From Bacteroidota bacterium (GTDB lineage: Bacteria > Bacteroidota > Bacteroidia > Flavobacteriales > Flavobacteriaceae), in the NCBI GenBank assembly GCA_030528745.1, contig JAUMYH010000001.1, positions 32,622 to 96,621 on the forward strand: a DNA stretch of 64,000 nt, in the 5' to 3' direction. The notes under the pieces are model-generated. The model ran no database searches, was not told the origin of the DNA, and saw only the letters and a program-made list of their open reading frames with translations. The first letter of the stretch is position 1. Each line of letters starts with the position of its first letter. Shown in pieces: positions 10,066 to 19,555 of the stretch. The translations under genes and the position numbers were made by a program.

Positions 10066-11016
10066 TTGGATTTAAAAATCAAGAAATATAATTCAGAATA
10101 CAAATCTCAATGGAATGATTTTGTACAACAAGCAAAAAATGCTACTTTTTTGTTTGATAGGAATTTTATGGATTATCACAAGGACAGATTTTCAGATTTT
10201 TCATTGATGGTATTTGACAAACAACAACTTAGGGCTTTGTTTCCTGCAAATATCTCAAACAACAAGGTATATTCGCATCAAGGGCTTACCTATGGAGGAA
10301 TCGTAATAGACAACAGTGTTCGACTGTCCGATTTTATAGCTATCTTTGATGTGATAATAAATTATCTTACTGAAAATCAAATTGATAAAGTTTTTTTTAA
10401 AACATTGCCTCATATTTATAGTTCCCATTTTTCAGATGAATTATTGTATGCTCTATTTTTGAAAAAGGCACAATTGTATCGTAGAGATACGCTCACGGTG
10501 ATAGATTATACAGCACCTCAACTGAAATATAACCAACTCAGAAAAAGAGGGATTAAAAAGGCTGAAAAATTAGGAATCCTAATTAAGGAAGGCGATTTTG
10601 ATGTGTTTTGGGAGCAATTGTTAGTGCCTAAACTCAATCAGAAATATAAGACCAATCCAGTTCACAGCTTAGATGAAATTAAATTTTTAGCAAATAATTT
10701 TCCAAACAACATAAGGCAGTATGTGGCATATTATCACGATATTCCCGTTGCTGGAGCTACTATTTTTGAAACCGAAACGGTGGCTCACGTGCAGTATATA
10801 GCCGCTGGAGAAGCCAAAGACGAAACAGGAGCTTTGGACTATTTGTTTGATTATCTTATAAATAGGTATAAAAATACCAAAAAATATTTTGATTTCGGAA
10901 TATCTAATGAACAAGACGGACATATATTGAACTATGGATTGTCATTCTGGAAAGAAAGTTTTGGAGCCAAGATAGTGGTTCATGATTTTTACGAATTAGG
11001 ATTAAATAGAATATGA
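10066..11016 (+). CDS. FemAB/GNAT-like acyltransferase (sugar N-acyltransferase candidate)
   Basis: 316 aa with acyl-CoA N-acyltransferase-like composition. It is tightly coupled with a downstream DegT aminotransferase and a Wzx flippase, in the same order as wecD-wecE-wzxE of the ECA locus. Confidence 0.45.
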   Translation: MDLKIKKYNSEYKSQWNDFVQQAKNATFLFDRNFMDYHKDRFSDFSLMVFDKQQLRALFPANISNNKVYSHQGLTYGGIVIDNSVRLSDFIAIFDVIINYLTENQIDKVFFKTLPHIYSSHFSDELLYALFLKKAQLYRRDTLTVIDYTAPQLKYNQLRKRGIKKAEKLGILIKEGDFDVFWEQLLVPKLNQKYKTNPVHSLDEIKFLANNFPNNIRQYVAYYHDIPVAGATIFETETVAHVQYIAAGEAKDETGALDYLFDYLINRYKNTKKYFDFGISNEQDGHILNYGLSFWKESFGAKIVVHDFYELGLNRI

Positions 11017-12113
11017 TTAAGTTTCTAGATTTAAAAAAGTTAAACGCACAATACCAACACGAATTTGATCAGAAACTAAAAAATTTCTTTGAAAAAGGGT
11101 GGTATGTTTTGGGCGATGAAGTGAAGGAATTTGAATCGAATTTTGCGACCTATTGTCAGACAAAATATTGTATAGGAGTGGCCAACGGACTCGATGCCTT
11201 GACATTAATATTTAGGGCGTATAAAGAATTGGGGCAGCTTTCCGATGGAGACGAGGTAATTGTTCCTGCCAATACCTATATAGCCTCGATATTGGCTATA
11301 ATTCAGAACAATCTGAAACCGATTTTGGTAGAGCCAAATCCTAATAGCTATAATATTGAACCTCAAAATATTACAAATGCTATTTCTTCCAAAACTAAGG
11401 CTGTATTAGCCGTACATTTGTATGGACAAATCGCCGATATGGAAGCAATAAATCGCATAGCATCAGCACATAATTTGTTGGTAATAGAAGATGCTGCTCA
11501 AGCACATGGAGCAACCACAACGTACGGAAAAAAAGCAGGAAGTCTGTCAGATGCCGCAGGTTTTAGTTTTTATCCAGGAAAGAATCTAGGAGCCTTGGGA
11601 GATGCAGGTGCAATAACTACCGATGACTCAGAGTTAGCACAAATATTATTTTCGCTCAGAAATTATGGGTCAGAAAAAAAATACCACAATCAATACTTGG
11701 GAGTAAACTCAAGATTAGATGAAATTCAGGCGTTATTTTTAAATGTCAGACTTAAAAATTTGGATAACGAAAATAAAATAAGGCAAAATATTGCTAATCA
11801 GTATATTAAAGAAATAAAAAACAGTGCTATTAAATTGCCCCAATATAAAAATATATCGGAACACGTATTTCATTTGTTTGTAGTACAAACCCAAAATAGA
11901 AGCCAGTTGATACAATGGCTTAATGACAATGACATTCAAACGATGATTCATTATCCGATACCGCCTCACAAACAAAAGGCCATGGAAGCCTTTAATCATT
12001 TATGTTTTCCAATTACAGAACAAATCCATAACAAAGTGCTTAGTATTCCGTTAAGCCCTGTGTTAGAAACGGACGAAGTGCATAAAATAATAGAAGTATT
12101 AAATCTATATTAG
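11013..12113 (+). CDS. DegT/DnrJ/EryC1/StrS-family PLP aminotransferase (WecE-like dTDP-4-keto-6-deoxyhexose transaminase)
   Basis: 366 aa with a conserved PLP-lysine region (...[21 protein letters not shown]) and the family architecture. It overlaps the upstream gene by 4 bp. Confidence 0.8.
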   Translation: MIKFLDLKKLNAQYQHEFDQKLKNFFEKGWYVLGDEVKEFESNFATYCQTKYCIGVANGLDALTLIFRAYKELGQLSDGDEVIVPANTYIASILAIIQNNLKPILVEPNPNSYNIEPQNITNAISSKTKAVLAVHLYGQIADMEAINRIASAHNLLVIEDAAQAHGATTTYGKKAGSLSDAAGFSFYPGKNLGALGDAGAITTDDSELAQILFSLRNYGSEKKYHNQYLGVNSRLDEIQALFLNVRLKNLDNENKIRQNIANQYIKEIKNSAIKLPQYKNISEHVFHLFVVQTQNRSQLIQWLNDNDIQTMIHYPIPPHKQKAMEAFNHLCFPITEQIHNKVLSIPLSPVLETDEVHKIIEVLNLY

Positions 12114-12120
12114 ATAAAAA

Positions 12121-13416
12121 TTGAATATTAGTAAAATCAAATATTTGTTGAACAATCAGGTATTACAAATTACATCAATAAATAGTGTAAGTGTACTTGT
12201 TCGGATTATTACAGGTTTGATTTCTACCTCAATAATAGCCAAAATATTAGGGCCTTTGGGGGTGGCGTTATTGGGCAATTTGCGTAATTTTATTACTTCG
12301 GTAGAAACCATTTCCATGTTGGGTTTTAATAATGGAATTGTAAAATATGTGGCTCGTTATAAAGATGAAAAACAAGAATATGTCAGAATATTATCCACTG
12401 TTTTCTATACGATTTTATTTGTTTCTATACTGGTTGGAATTGTTTTATATACCTTTTCTGAATATTGGAACAATTATGTATTTGGTAATGATAGGTCGTA
12501 TATCAATTTGTTTAAATGGTTTGCTTTAAGCATTCCTTTCTTTAGCCTAAATATCTTTCTTACAAGTATTTTAAACGGATTGTCTCAATACAAAAGACTT
12601 ATTTATTTGAATATAATTTCCAATATTGTAGGTTTTATTTTGTCAATTTTACTAATAGTGCAATACAAGGTTGAGGGGGCTTTGTACGGACTCATTATCA
12701 TTCCGGCGTTATTGACCATAATTACGATATTATGGGTGTCAAAAGAAGTATCTTTAACTCAAAATATCAATATAAGATACTTTGATGTAAATGTTATCCG
12801 AAAAATGTCCTCGTATTCGGTTATGGCATTTGTATCGGCTTTTTGCTCTCCGATTATTTATCTAAAAATCAGAGTGATAGCAATAGATTCTTTAGGAATA
12901 GATACAGCTGGAAATTGGGAAGCTATGAACAGAATATCTTCCTTCTATATGATGTTTGTTTCGACTCTATTATCCGTATATTTTTTTCCAAGGCTTTCAC
13001 AATCTAGTACCAGTATTCAAACCAAAGGTGTTTTTAAAGAATATTTTAAAACAGTAGTTCCGATGTTTATACTAGGAGGACTTTTACTGTATGTGGGTAG
13101 AGATTTGTTTATCAGATATATATATTCCGACAAATTTGTTTATCTGTCCGATTTGTTTTTATGGCAACTTGTAGGAGATTTACTCAAGGTGTGTTCACTG
13201 ATATTAGGATACGAATTTTTTGCAAAAAAACTTACTAAATTGTTTTTAATTTCCGAAATTGTATCACTTTTTGTCTTATATTTATCAAGTGTGGTTTTGC
13301 TTCAAAAATACAATGTTCAAGGTTTGGTAATGGCACACGCATTTACTTATTTGGTATATTTGGTAATGTTAATTGTAATATTCAGAAGAATTATTTTTCA
13401 AAAAAAGAGCGTTTAG
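12121..13416 (+). CDS. Wzx-type polysaccharide/oligosaccharide flippase (MOP superfamily)
   Basis: 431 aa with about 12 predicted TM helices and typical Wzx length and hydropathy. It lies adjacent to the sugar aminotransferase. Confidence 0.7.
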   Translation: MNISKIKYLLNNQVLQITSINSVSVLVRIITGLISTSIIAKILGPLGVALLGNLRNFITSVETISMLGFNNGIVKYVARYKDEKQEYVRILSTVFYTILFVSILVGIVLYTFSEYWNNYVFGNDRSYINLFKWFALSIPFFSLNIFLTSILNGLSQYKRLIYLNIISNIVGFILSILLIVQYKVEGALYGLIIIPALLTIITILWVSKEVSLTQNINIRYFDVNVIRKMSSYSVMAFVSAFCSPIIYLKIRVIAIDSLGIDTAGNWEAMNRISSFYMMFVSTLLSVYFFPRLSQSSTSIQTKGVFKEYFKTVVPMFILGGLLLYVGRDLFIRYIYSDKFVYLSDLFLWQLVGDLLKVCSLILGYEFFAKKLTKLFLISEIVSLFVLYLSSVVLLQKYNVQGLVMAHAFTYLVYLVMLIVIFRRIIFQKKSV

Positions 13417-13418
13417 TT

Positions 13419-14882
13419 ATGGATATAGATAAAATAATCGAGATTGTCAATCAATATATTTGGTCTACAGTATTTATAGTATTGTGTGTTTGTACAGGAA
13501 TTTATTTTTCTATTCGTATAGGATTTATACAATTCAGATATGTGCCTACAATGATAAAGTTGCTATTTGCCAAGAAAAAAGATAGTCAAAAAGGTATTTC
13601 ATCATTTCAGGCTTTTTCGTTGGCTATTTCTGGAAGAGTAGGAACAGGGAATATAGTAGGGGTAGCATCAGCTATAGCCTTTGGAGGGCCGGGGGCGGTA
13701 TTTTGGATGTGGGTAATATCATTATTGGGTGCTGCATCAGCCTTTGCCGAGGCTACTTTAGGGCAGCTTTATAAACAAGAAATTAAGGGAGAATACAGAG
13801 GAGGTCCTGCTTATTATATCGAAAAAGGACTAGGAATTAAGTGGTATGCCGTGTTTTTTGCCGTGATTACCATTGTAAGTTGTGGATTGTTGTTGCCTGG
13901 AGTTCAGAGTAATAGTATATCAAAATCCGTATCTACAGCTTTCGAAATATCGGATTATTCTGTATTGGGAATGCCCATAAATATAGCAGGGATATTGGTT
14001 GTAGTCTTGTTAAGTCTGATTATTTTCGGAGGTGTTAAACGCTTGGGAAAAGTAACCGAAATTATAGTGCCATTTATGGCTGTATCGTATATTTTGCTGG
14101 TTCTGATTATTATAGGATTTCATTACAAACAGATACCAGATATGCTGATGTTGATTGTTCGTTCTGCATTCCAACAAGAGCAGTTGTACGCAGGAATTAT
14201 AGGTTTGACTATAGCTTGGGGAGTAAAAAGAGGAATTTATTCAAATGAGGCAGGGCAGGGAACAGCACCTCATGCAGCTGCGGCATCGGAGGTCAAACAT
14301 CCAGTAGAACAAGGGTTAGTACAGGCTTTTTCGGTGTATGTAGATACCTTGTTTATTTGTACAGCTACAGCTCTAATGATTTTATTTACAGCTAAGTACA
14401 ATGTGATAGACAAAACGACCGATACAATTATCACCAATAATATTCCTGAAGTAGAGTTTACAGCATTTACACAAGAGGCAGTATCACTACATTTTCCACT
14501 TTTTGGAAATCAGTTTGTAGCCTTAGCCTTGTTTTTCTTTGCTTTTACTACTATTTTGGCGTATTACTACTATGCCGAAACCAATGTTAGTTATGTGTTT
14601 CACAAAACCAATTATTACAAAATGTGTATTTGGATTCTGAGGGTGATATTCCTAATAGCGGTGTATTATGGAACAGTAAAACAGGCGGATTCGGCGTGGG
14701 CACTAGGAGATATAGGAGTAGGGTTGATGGCTTGGGTGAATATCATTGCGATATTGCTTTTGAGCAATGTAGTACTAAAGGTATGGAAAGATTATGTTCA
14801 ACAAAAAAAAGAAGGAATTGCCAATCCAGAGTTTAATAATACTGATGCTAAGATAAAAAATGCAGACTTTTGGAATAAATAG
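13419..14882 (+). CDS. Alanine/glycine:cation symporter (AGCS family)
   Basis: SFQAFSLAISGRVGTGNIVGVASAIAFGGPGAVFWMW is the AGCS signature region; 487 aa polytopic. Confidence 0.85.
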   Translation: MDIDKIIEIVNQYIWSTVFIVLCVCTGIYFSIRIGFIQFRYVPTMIKLLFAKKKDSQKGISSFQAFSLAISGRVGTGNIVGVASAIAFGGPGAVFWMWVISLLGAASAFAEATLGQLYKQEIKGEYRGGPAYYIEKGLGIKWYAVFFAVITIVSCGLLLPGVQSNSISKSVSTAFEISDYSVLGMPINIAGILVVVLLSLIIFGGVKRLGKVTEIIVPFMAVSYILLVLIIIGFHYKQIPDMLMLIVRSAFQQEQLYAGIIGLTIAWGVKRGIYSNEAGQGTAPHAAAASEVKHPVEQGLVQAFSVYVDTLFICTATALMILFTAKYNVIDKTTDTIITNNIPEVEFTAFTQEAVSLHFPLFGNQFVALALFFFAFTTILAYYYYAETNVSYVFHKTNYYKMCIWILRVIFLIAVYYGTVKQADSAWALGDIGVGLMAWVNIIAILLLSNVVLKVWKDYVQQKKEGIANPEFNNTDAKIKNADFWNK

Positions 14883-14988
14883 TTGCTAAGTAAGAAATAT
14901 GATTAAATAAATTTGTAAAAGTCTCCTTTTCATTTTGTTATATTGTCAAGTTTAAAGCTCAACTTTTTAGGAGTTTGGAACTTCTAAA

Positions 14989-16260
14989 AAATTTTTTCAC
15001 CAATTTACCACCCACCTATGGCGGGAGTACGACTGGAATTACGACCACCGACTGGCAAGCATAACCGACCACAAAAACCACTATACCACCGCCTTTGAGT
15101 ATGACGATAGGGGCTTTTTGGAACGTGCCATCTACAACCGCAAGGAACAGGTATGGCGTACCGCCGACAAACTCGGAAACCTATACCAAAGCAAAGAAAA
15201 AAACGACCGACAATACCAAAGTTCGCAACTGCAATACGACGGTAAATGGTACTATTATTACGATAAGGAGGGAAAACTTATCCATAAATCACTAACCAAA
15301 CTACACCGAGAGAGCAACGCCCAAAAGTGGAGTTTAGGGGCGTGGCAATACGCTTGGGATGCAAAGGGAATGCTCAAAGCCGTACAACGCCCTGATGGTT
15401 CTGTAATTACTTTTAAATATGATGCCTTTGGTAGACGTATTAGCAAATCGTATCATAGAAGAGAATTTTTGTATATTTGGGATAAAAACGTACCTTTACA
15501 CGAAGTACAAAAAGAGGAATTATGTGAAGATAATGTAATTACGTGGATATTTGAGGGTTTTACGCCTACGGCAAAACTCATAAACGGAAAAGCCTACTCT
15601 ATAATTAGCGACCATATAGGTACGCCTATATTAGCCGTTGATACCAACGGCGTAAAAGTATGGGAAAGAGAATTGGATATTTATGGTAGAGTTAGAAAAG
15701 AGTTTACAAGCGATGACGTAGTAAACCGAAGAAGCGGTTTTATGCCGTTCTTATACGCAGGGCAGTATTATGACAGAGAAACGGATTTAGCATATAATCG
15801 TTTTCGTTACTATTCTCCTGATACTGGGGCTTATATCTCACAAGACCCGATAGGGTTGGTTGGAAATAATCCTACCATTTATGGGTATGTGTTTGATGGT
15901 AATACGGAGGTTGATGTTTTAGGATTAAATGCAGATGATATTGTTATGAGAGGAGGAACCAAACCATTAGTAGAGGGGTCAGGAGTTATTAAAGTAGATG
16001 ACAAGTTATTCGGTATATCTGTTAATGTTTTATCAGGTAAAACAAAAGAAGAGTTATCTTCGACAATACCCCATAATCAAATAGCAACAACAACGAGGGG
16101 GCAGATTGAAGCAGTTGGAGCAACTATAATCCCTGACCCAAGTAAATTTAATCCATACCACGCTTTAATAAACAATATAAAAGAAGAGGATGCAGAAAAA
16201 TTATTTTCAGAAAAAGAAAAGAATCCTACTCCCAAAGAACAAAGATGTTTAAAAAAATAA
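14989..16260 (+). CDS. Orphan 5'-truncated Rhs/YD-repeat C-terminal fragment with unrecognised C-terminal toxin domain (Rhs-CT1)
   Basis: The frame opens at 14989 with no start codon. It carries YD repeats (FEYDDRGFL, YDGKWYYYYDKEGKL), the Rhs core end motif YNRFRYYSPDTGAYISQDPIGL...VLGLN, and then a 109-aa divergent tip. GC is clearly higher than the flanks. Confidence 0.8.
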   Translation, partial: KFFHQFTTHLWREYDWNYDHRLASITDHKNHYTTAFEYDDRGFLERAIYNRKEQVWRTADKLGNLYQSKEKNDRQYQSSQLQYDGKWYYYYDKEGKLIHKSLTKLHRESNAQKWSLGAWQYAWDAKGMLKAVQRPDGSVITFKYDAFGRRISKSYHRREFLYIWDKNVPLHEVQKEELCEDNVITWIFEGFTPTAKLINGKAYSIISDHIGTPILAVDTNGVKVWERELDIYGRVRKEFTSDDVVNRRSGFMPFLYAGQYYDRETDLAYNRFRYYSPDTGAYISQDPIGLVGNNPTIYGYVFDGNTEVDVLGLNADDIVMRGGTKPLVEGSGVIKVDDKLFGISVNVLSGKTKEELSSTIPHNQIATTTRGQIEAVGATIIPDPSKFNPYHALINNIKEEDAEKLFSEKEKNPTPKEQRCLKK

Positions 16261-16556
16261 AGTATATGAGACCAAAAATAGAGGTTAATTTTAATGAAAT
16301 AATAGATGATTTTCAAGTGTTGTTATCTCGTTCTGATGTGGTGTTAGATATTGAAGGTAATGAAATTATATTACAAGAAGGATTAGAAATTGATATTTTT
16401 GAACCTGATTATGATGAACAAGAAAATAGGGATGATATTATGGCAAGTGGTTATGTAACATTATGTTGTAATCCACTATATAAACAAGTAAAATGGTGCT
16501 GCAAAATCAATGAAAAGGGTATTTTTCGTTTGTCAGATTTATTAAATTTGGGATAA
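16245..16556 (+). CDS. Putative immunity protein for Rhs-CT1
   Basis: 103 aa, acidic, and overlapping the toxin stop by 16 bp. This is the canonical toxin-immunity arrangement. No family recognised. Confidence 0.5.
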   Translation: MFKKIKYMRPKIEVNFNEIIDDFQVLLSRSDVVLDIEGNEIILQEGLEIDIFEPDYDEQENRDDIMASGYVTLCCNPLYKQVKWCCKINEKGIFRLSDLLNLG

Positions 16557-17412
16557 AAACGTACCTTTACACGAAATACAAAAAGAAGAATTATGCGAGG
16601 ATAATATAATTACGTGGATATTCGATGGCTTTACGCCTACGGCTAAACTAATTAATGGCAAGGCATATAGTATCATCTCTGACCACATAGGTACGCCTTT
16701 GGTTGCCATTGACACAAACGGTAATAAGGTATGGGAAAGGGAATTGGATATTTACGGCAGAGTTAGAAAAGAGTTTACAAACGATGACGTAGCTAACCGA
16801 AGAAGCAGTTTTATGCCGTTCTTGTATCAAGGGCAGTATTATGATAAAGAAACGGAACTTGCTTACAATAGGTTTAGATACTATGACCCAAATACTGGAA
16901 GTTATATAAGCCAAGACCCAATAGGGTTATTGGGAAATAACCCTACTCTGTATGGGTATGTATATAGTGTGGTCAATGAAATAGATATCTTTGGATTAAA
17001 CCCATTACGTAGTAATCTAATTAAAGTAGGACAAGGTATAGATAACACCTCTTGGCAGGCGCACCATTTAATACCTAATGAAGTATGGAAAAAAAATGAA
17101 CAATTTTTTAATGATATTGGATTTGTAGGACAACACGAAGCTACTAATGGTATAGCCTTACCGAATACACAGAAAGGAGGTATACAGGAGGGGTATAGTT
17201 ATTATCACAGTGGTTCGCATTCTAAATATTCAGAAATGATAAGTGAGAGAGTTAATGAAATTTCGGATAGATATAAAAACAATATTGATGAAGGGATGAA
17301 TCCCAATGATGCATCTAATAAAGCAGTGAGAGAATTACAAGATTTACAAAAAATGTCACATAGGTTATTAAATCGTAAAACTAAGGGTAATACTTGTAGT
17401 AGAGTATCATAA
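16546..17412 (+). CDS. Orphan Rhs core-end fragment fused to AHH-type HNH nuclease toxin (Rhs-CT2)
   Basis: The frame opens at 16546, immediately after the immunity stop. It re-starts at WDKNVPLHE...YNRFRYYDPNTGSYISQDPIGL...IFGLNP, about 85% identical at the nucleotide level to 15478-15930. The tip has SWQAHHLIPNEVW (AHH motif) plus downstream His residues (YYHSGSHSKY). Confidence 0.75.
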   Translation: MWDKNVPLHEIQKEELCEDNIITWIFDGFTPTAKLINGKAYSIISDHIGTPLVAIDTNGNKVWERELDIYGRVRKEFTNDDVANRRSSFMPFLYQGQYYDKETELAYNRFRYYDPNTGSYISQDPIGLLGNNPTLYGYVYSVVNEIDIFGLNPLRSNLIKVGQGIDNTSWQAHHLIPNEVWKKNEQFFNDIGFVGQHEATNGIALPNTQKGGIQEGYSYYHSGSHSKYSEMISERVNEISDRYKNNIDEGMNPNDASNKAVRELQDLQKMSHRLLNRKTKGNTCSRVS

Positions 17413-17443
17413 TGTATAAACGTATAAAAATAATAAATACTAT

Positions 17444-18094
17444 ATGGAACAATTATTTATATGGGGACACGGATTTTATGGTTATAAAAAAGTAAACGGA
17501 GTACCTAATGGAGTCGATGACTTAATAGTAAGAGATAACTTGGAAGATTATCTTATGTCTTGGAGAATGTTTGTACCTACTTTTCCTTATAGTTCCCCTG
17601 AGGGAGAAGATAAGTTGCCTAATGAATTGTATTTAGAAATTAAAGGAAATCTATCATTAAAGTTTGATTTTCTCGCAGAAGATAAACATTTAAAAATAGT
17701 TTCAGAGGAATTATTACATTTTTTACAAGAAAATGGAGTAAAAGATGGATATGAAATTGCTAAAATCAAATCGGTTGTTAATAGGTCAGGCAAAGAGTTA
17801 GAAACAAAACCTTATTATGTACTTCGTTTTTATCAATTTGATGATGATTTATTAGAATATCCTTTGGAAGGAGCTGTATATGGTAGAGGAATAAAGGGTA
17901 AAAAGATATATCCACATTTGACACCTAAACAAGATAATCCTAAAAAAATATATGTATTAAAAGAGCAACCCTATCATAAAGCTTTTATATTAACACAACA
18001 AGTAAAAGATGAAATCATAAAAAGGAAGTTTGTGGGTCCTCATATATATACTACCCAAGAGTATATACAGGCGTATAATGGATATAATAAATAA
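17444..18094 (+). CDS. Putative immunity protein for the AHH nuclease toxin
   Basis: 216 aa, cytoplasmic, located directly 3' of the toxin tip. Low GC. No recognised family. Confidence 0.5.
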   Translation: MEQLFIWGHGFYGYKKVNGVPNGVDDLIVRDNLEDYLMSWRMFVPTFPYSSPEGEDKLPNELYLEIKGNLSLKFDFLAEDKHLKIVSEELLHFLQENGVKDGYEIAKIKSVVNRSGKELETKPYYVLRFYQFDDDLLEYPLEGAVYGRGIKGKKIYPHLTPKQDNPKKIYVLKEQPYHKAFILTQQVKDEIIKRKFVGPHIYTTQEYIQAYNGYNK

Positions 18095-18110
18095 CTAAAT
18101 CTTTGGTAAT

Positions 18111-18415
18111 GTTTCAGATGTGTTGTTAAATTTTTTAACGTCTATAAATTAGGATTTTATGTTTTTTGGAAAGTTGTTTTTAGGTGTATAATATGTCATC
18201 CAATATAAAAATATAAGTTTTAAACGGCTTTTAAATGCTTTATTTGAGACCTTGTGTTTCAGATGTGTTGTTAAAAAAATTAACATCTATAAATCAGAAC
18301 TTTATGTTTTTTGAAAGGTTGTTTTGAGGTGTATAATATGTCATCCAACAAAAAATATAAGGTTTAAACGGCTTTTAAATGCTTTATTTGAGAGCTTGTG
18401 TTTCAGATGTGTGGG
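18111..18415. repeat. Tandem direct repeat, two units of about 145 bp plus a 15-bp partial third unit
   Basis: Units begin with gtttcagatgtgttgttaaa at 18111, 18256 and 18400. They are about 88% identical. Each contains the palindrome GTTAAA(T/A)nTTAAC and a TGTATAAT box. Confidence 0.8.
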
Positions 18416-18432
18416 AGGTATAAAAAATATTT

Positions 18433-18440
18433 ATATCTTT
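18433..18440 (+). promoter_or_regulatory. Candidate -7 promoter element (TAnnTTTG) for prfA
   Basis: tatctttg lies about 20 nt upstream of the ATGATG start at 18461. Confidence 0.35.
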
Positions 18441-18460
18441 GCATTTCCAAACGTAAGGTT

Positions 18461-19537
18461 ATGATGTTAGATAGATTACAATATATAAAGCAACGATTTG
18501 ACGAGGTTTCGGATTTAATCATTCAGCCAGACATTATTGCTGACCAAAAGAAGTATGTTCAGTTAAACAAAGAATATAAAGATTTAAAAATATTAGTAGA
18601 TAAGCGTTCAGAGTATGTAAGGCTTACCGATAATATAAAAGAAGCTAATGAAATTTTGGACGAAGGGAGTGATGCCGAAATGGTAGAAATGGCAAAACTA
18701 CAATTGGAAGAAGCCAAAGAAAAACTCCCACAGTTGGAAGAGGAAATAAGATTTTTGTTGATACCTAAGGATCCTGAAGATGCCAAAAATGTGATGGTTG
18801 AGATTCGTGCTGGTACAGGAGGCGATGAGGCAAGTATTTTTGCAGGTGATTTGTACAGAATGTATTCAAAATATTGTGAGTCAAAAGGTTGGAGAACTTC
18901 GGTGGTAGACTTGAACGAAGGAACTTCAGGAGGGTTTAAGGAAATTATTTTTGAGGTAACAGGCGAAGACGTATACGGAACACTTAAGTTTGAAGCAGGG
19001 GTACATCGTGTACAACGTGTGCCACAGACCGAAACTCAAGGTAGAGTACACACGTCAGCCGCTACAGTTATGGTATTGCCAGAAGCCGAAGAGTTTGACG
19101 TTCATATCGATATGAATGATGTCCGTATTGATTTGTTTTGTTCGTCTGGGCCAGGGGGGCAATCAGTAAATACAACCAAGTCGGCTGTAAGGATGACACA
19201 TATTCCGACAGGACTTGTGGCACAATGTCAAGATGAAAAATCGCAACACAAAAACAAAGACAAAGCCTTAGCGGTGTTGCGTTCACGACTTTACGAAATG
19301 GAATTGGCAAAAAAGCAAGAAGAAGATGCCAAAAAGCGTAATTCTCAAGTATCATCAGGCGATCGTTCTGCAAAGATTCGTACCTACAACTATCCTCAAG
19401 GAAGGGTTACTGACCACAGAATCGGACTTACTATTTATGATTTAGACGGGGTGATGAACGGAAATATTCAGAAGGTAATAGACGAGTTGCAACTGGTAGC
19501 GAACACCGAAAAACTTAAAGAAAGCGAAGTATTTTAA
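18461..19537 (+). CDS. prfA: Peptide chain release factor 1
   Basis: GGQ motif ([24 protein letters not shown]) and RF1-type PxT loop ([14 protein letters not shown]). The start is taken at [13 protein letters not shown]; the track ORF extends upstream to 18398. Confidence 0.9.
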   Translation: MMLDRLQYIKQRFDEVSDLIIQPDIIADQKKYVQLNKEYKDLKILVDKRSEYVRLTDNIKEANEILDEGSDAEMVEMAKLQLEEAKEKLPQLEEEIRFLLIPKDPEDAKNVMVEIRAGTGGDEASIFAGDLYRMYSKYCESKGWRTSVVDLNEGTSGGFKEIIFEVTGEDVYGTLKFEAGVHRVQRVPQTETQGRVHTSAATVMVLPEAEEFDVHIDMNDVRIDLFCSSGPGGQSVNTTKSAVRMTHIPTGLVAQCQDEKSQHKNKDKALAVLRSRLYEMELAKKQEEDAKKRNSQVSSGDRSAKIRTYNYPQGRVTDHRIGLTIYDLDGVMNGNIQKVIDELQLVANTEKLKESEVF

Positions 19538-19555
19538 TTGTCCGAAGTATTTAAA

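Noticed and set aside
15095-15295. Track ORF of 66 aa, plus other short ORFs inside or antisense to large genes (for example 584-799, 837-1088, 1935-2243, 6883-7122, 9428-9811, 22374-22697, 25396-25899, 27882-28214, 39233-40228, 48081-48395, 49545-49889, 51509-51778, 52554-52832)
   Set aside because: Each lies in an alternative frame or on the antisense strand of a well-supported gene. Their composition is low-complexity and they have no motif support. They are treated as frame shadows.
18111-18415. Possible CRISPR array, because of regularly spaced repeated sequence
   Set aside because: The units are 145 bp and directly abut each other. There are no unique spacers and no nearby cas genes. 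It is a simple tandem duplication.
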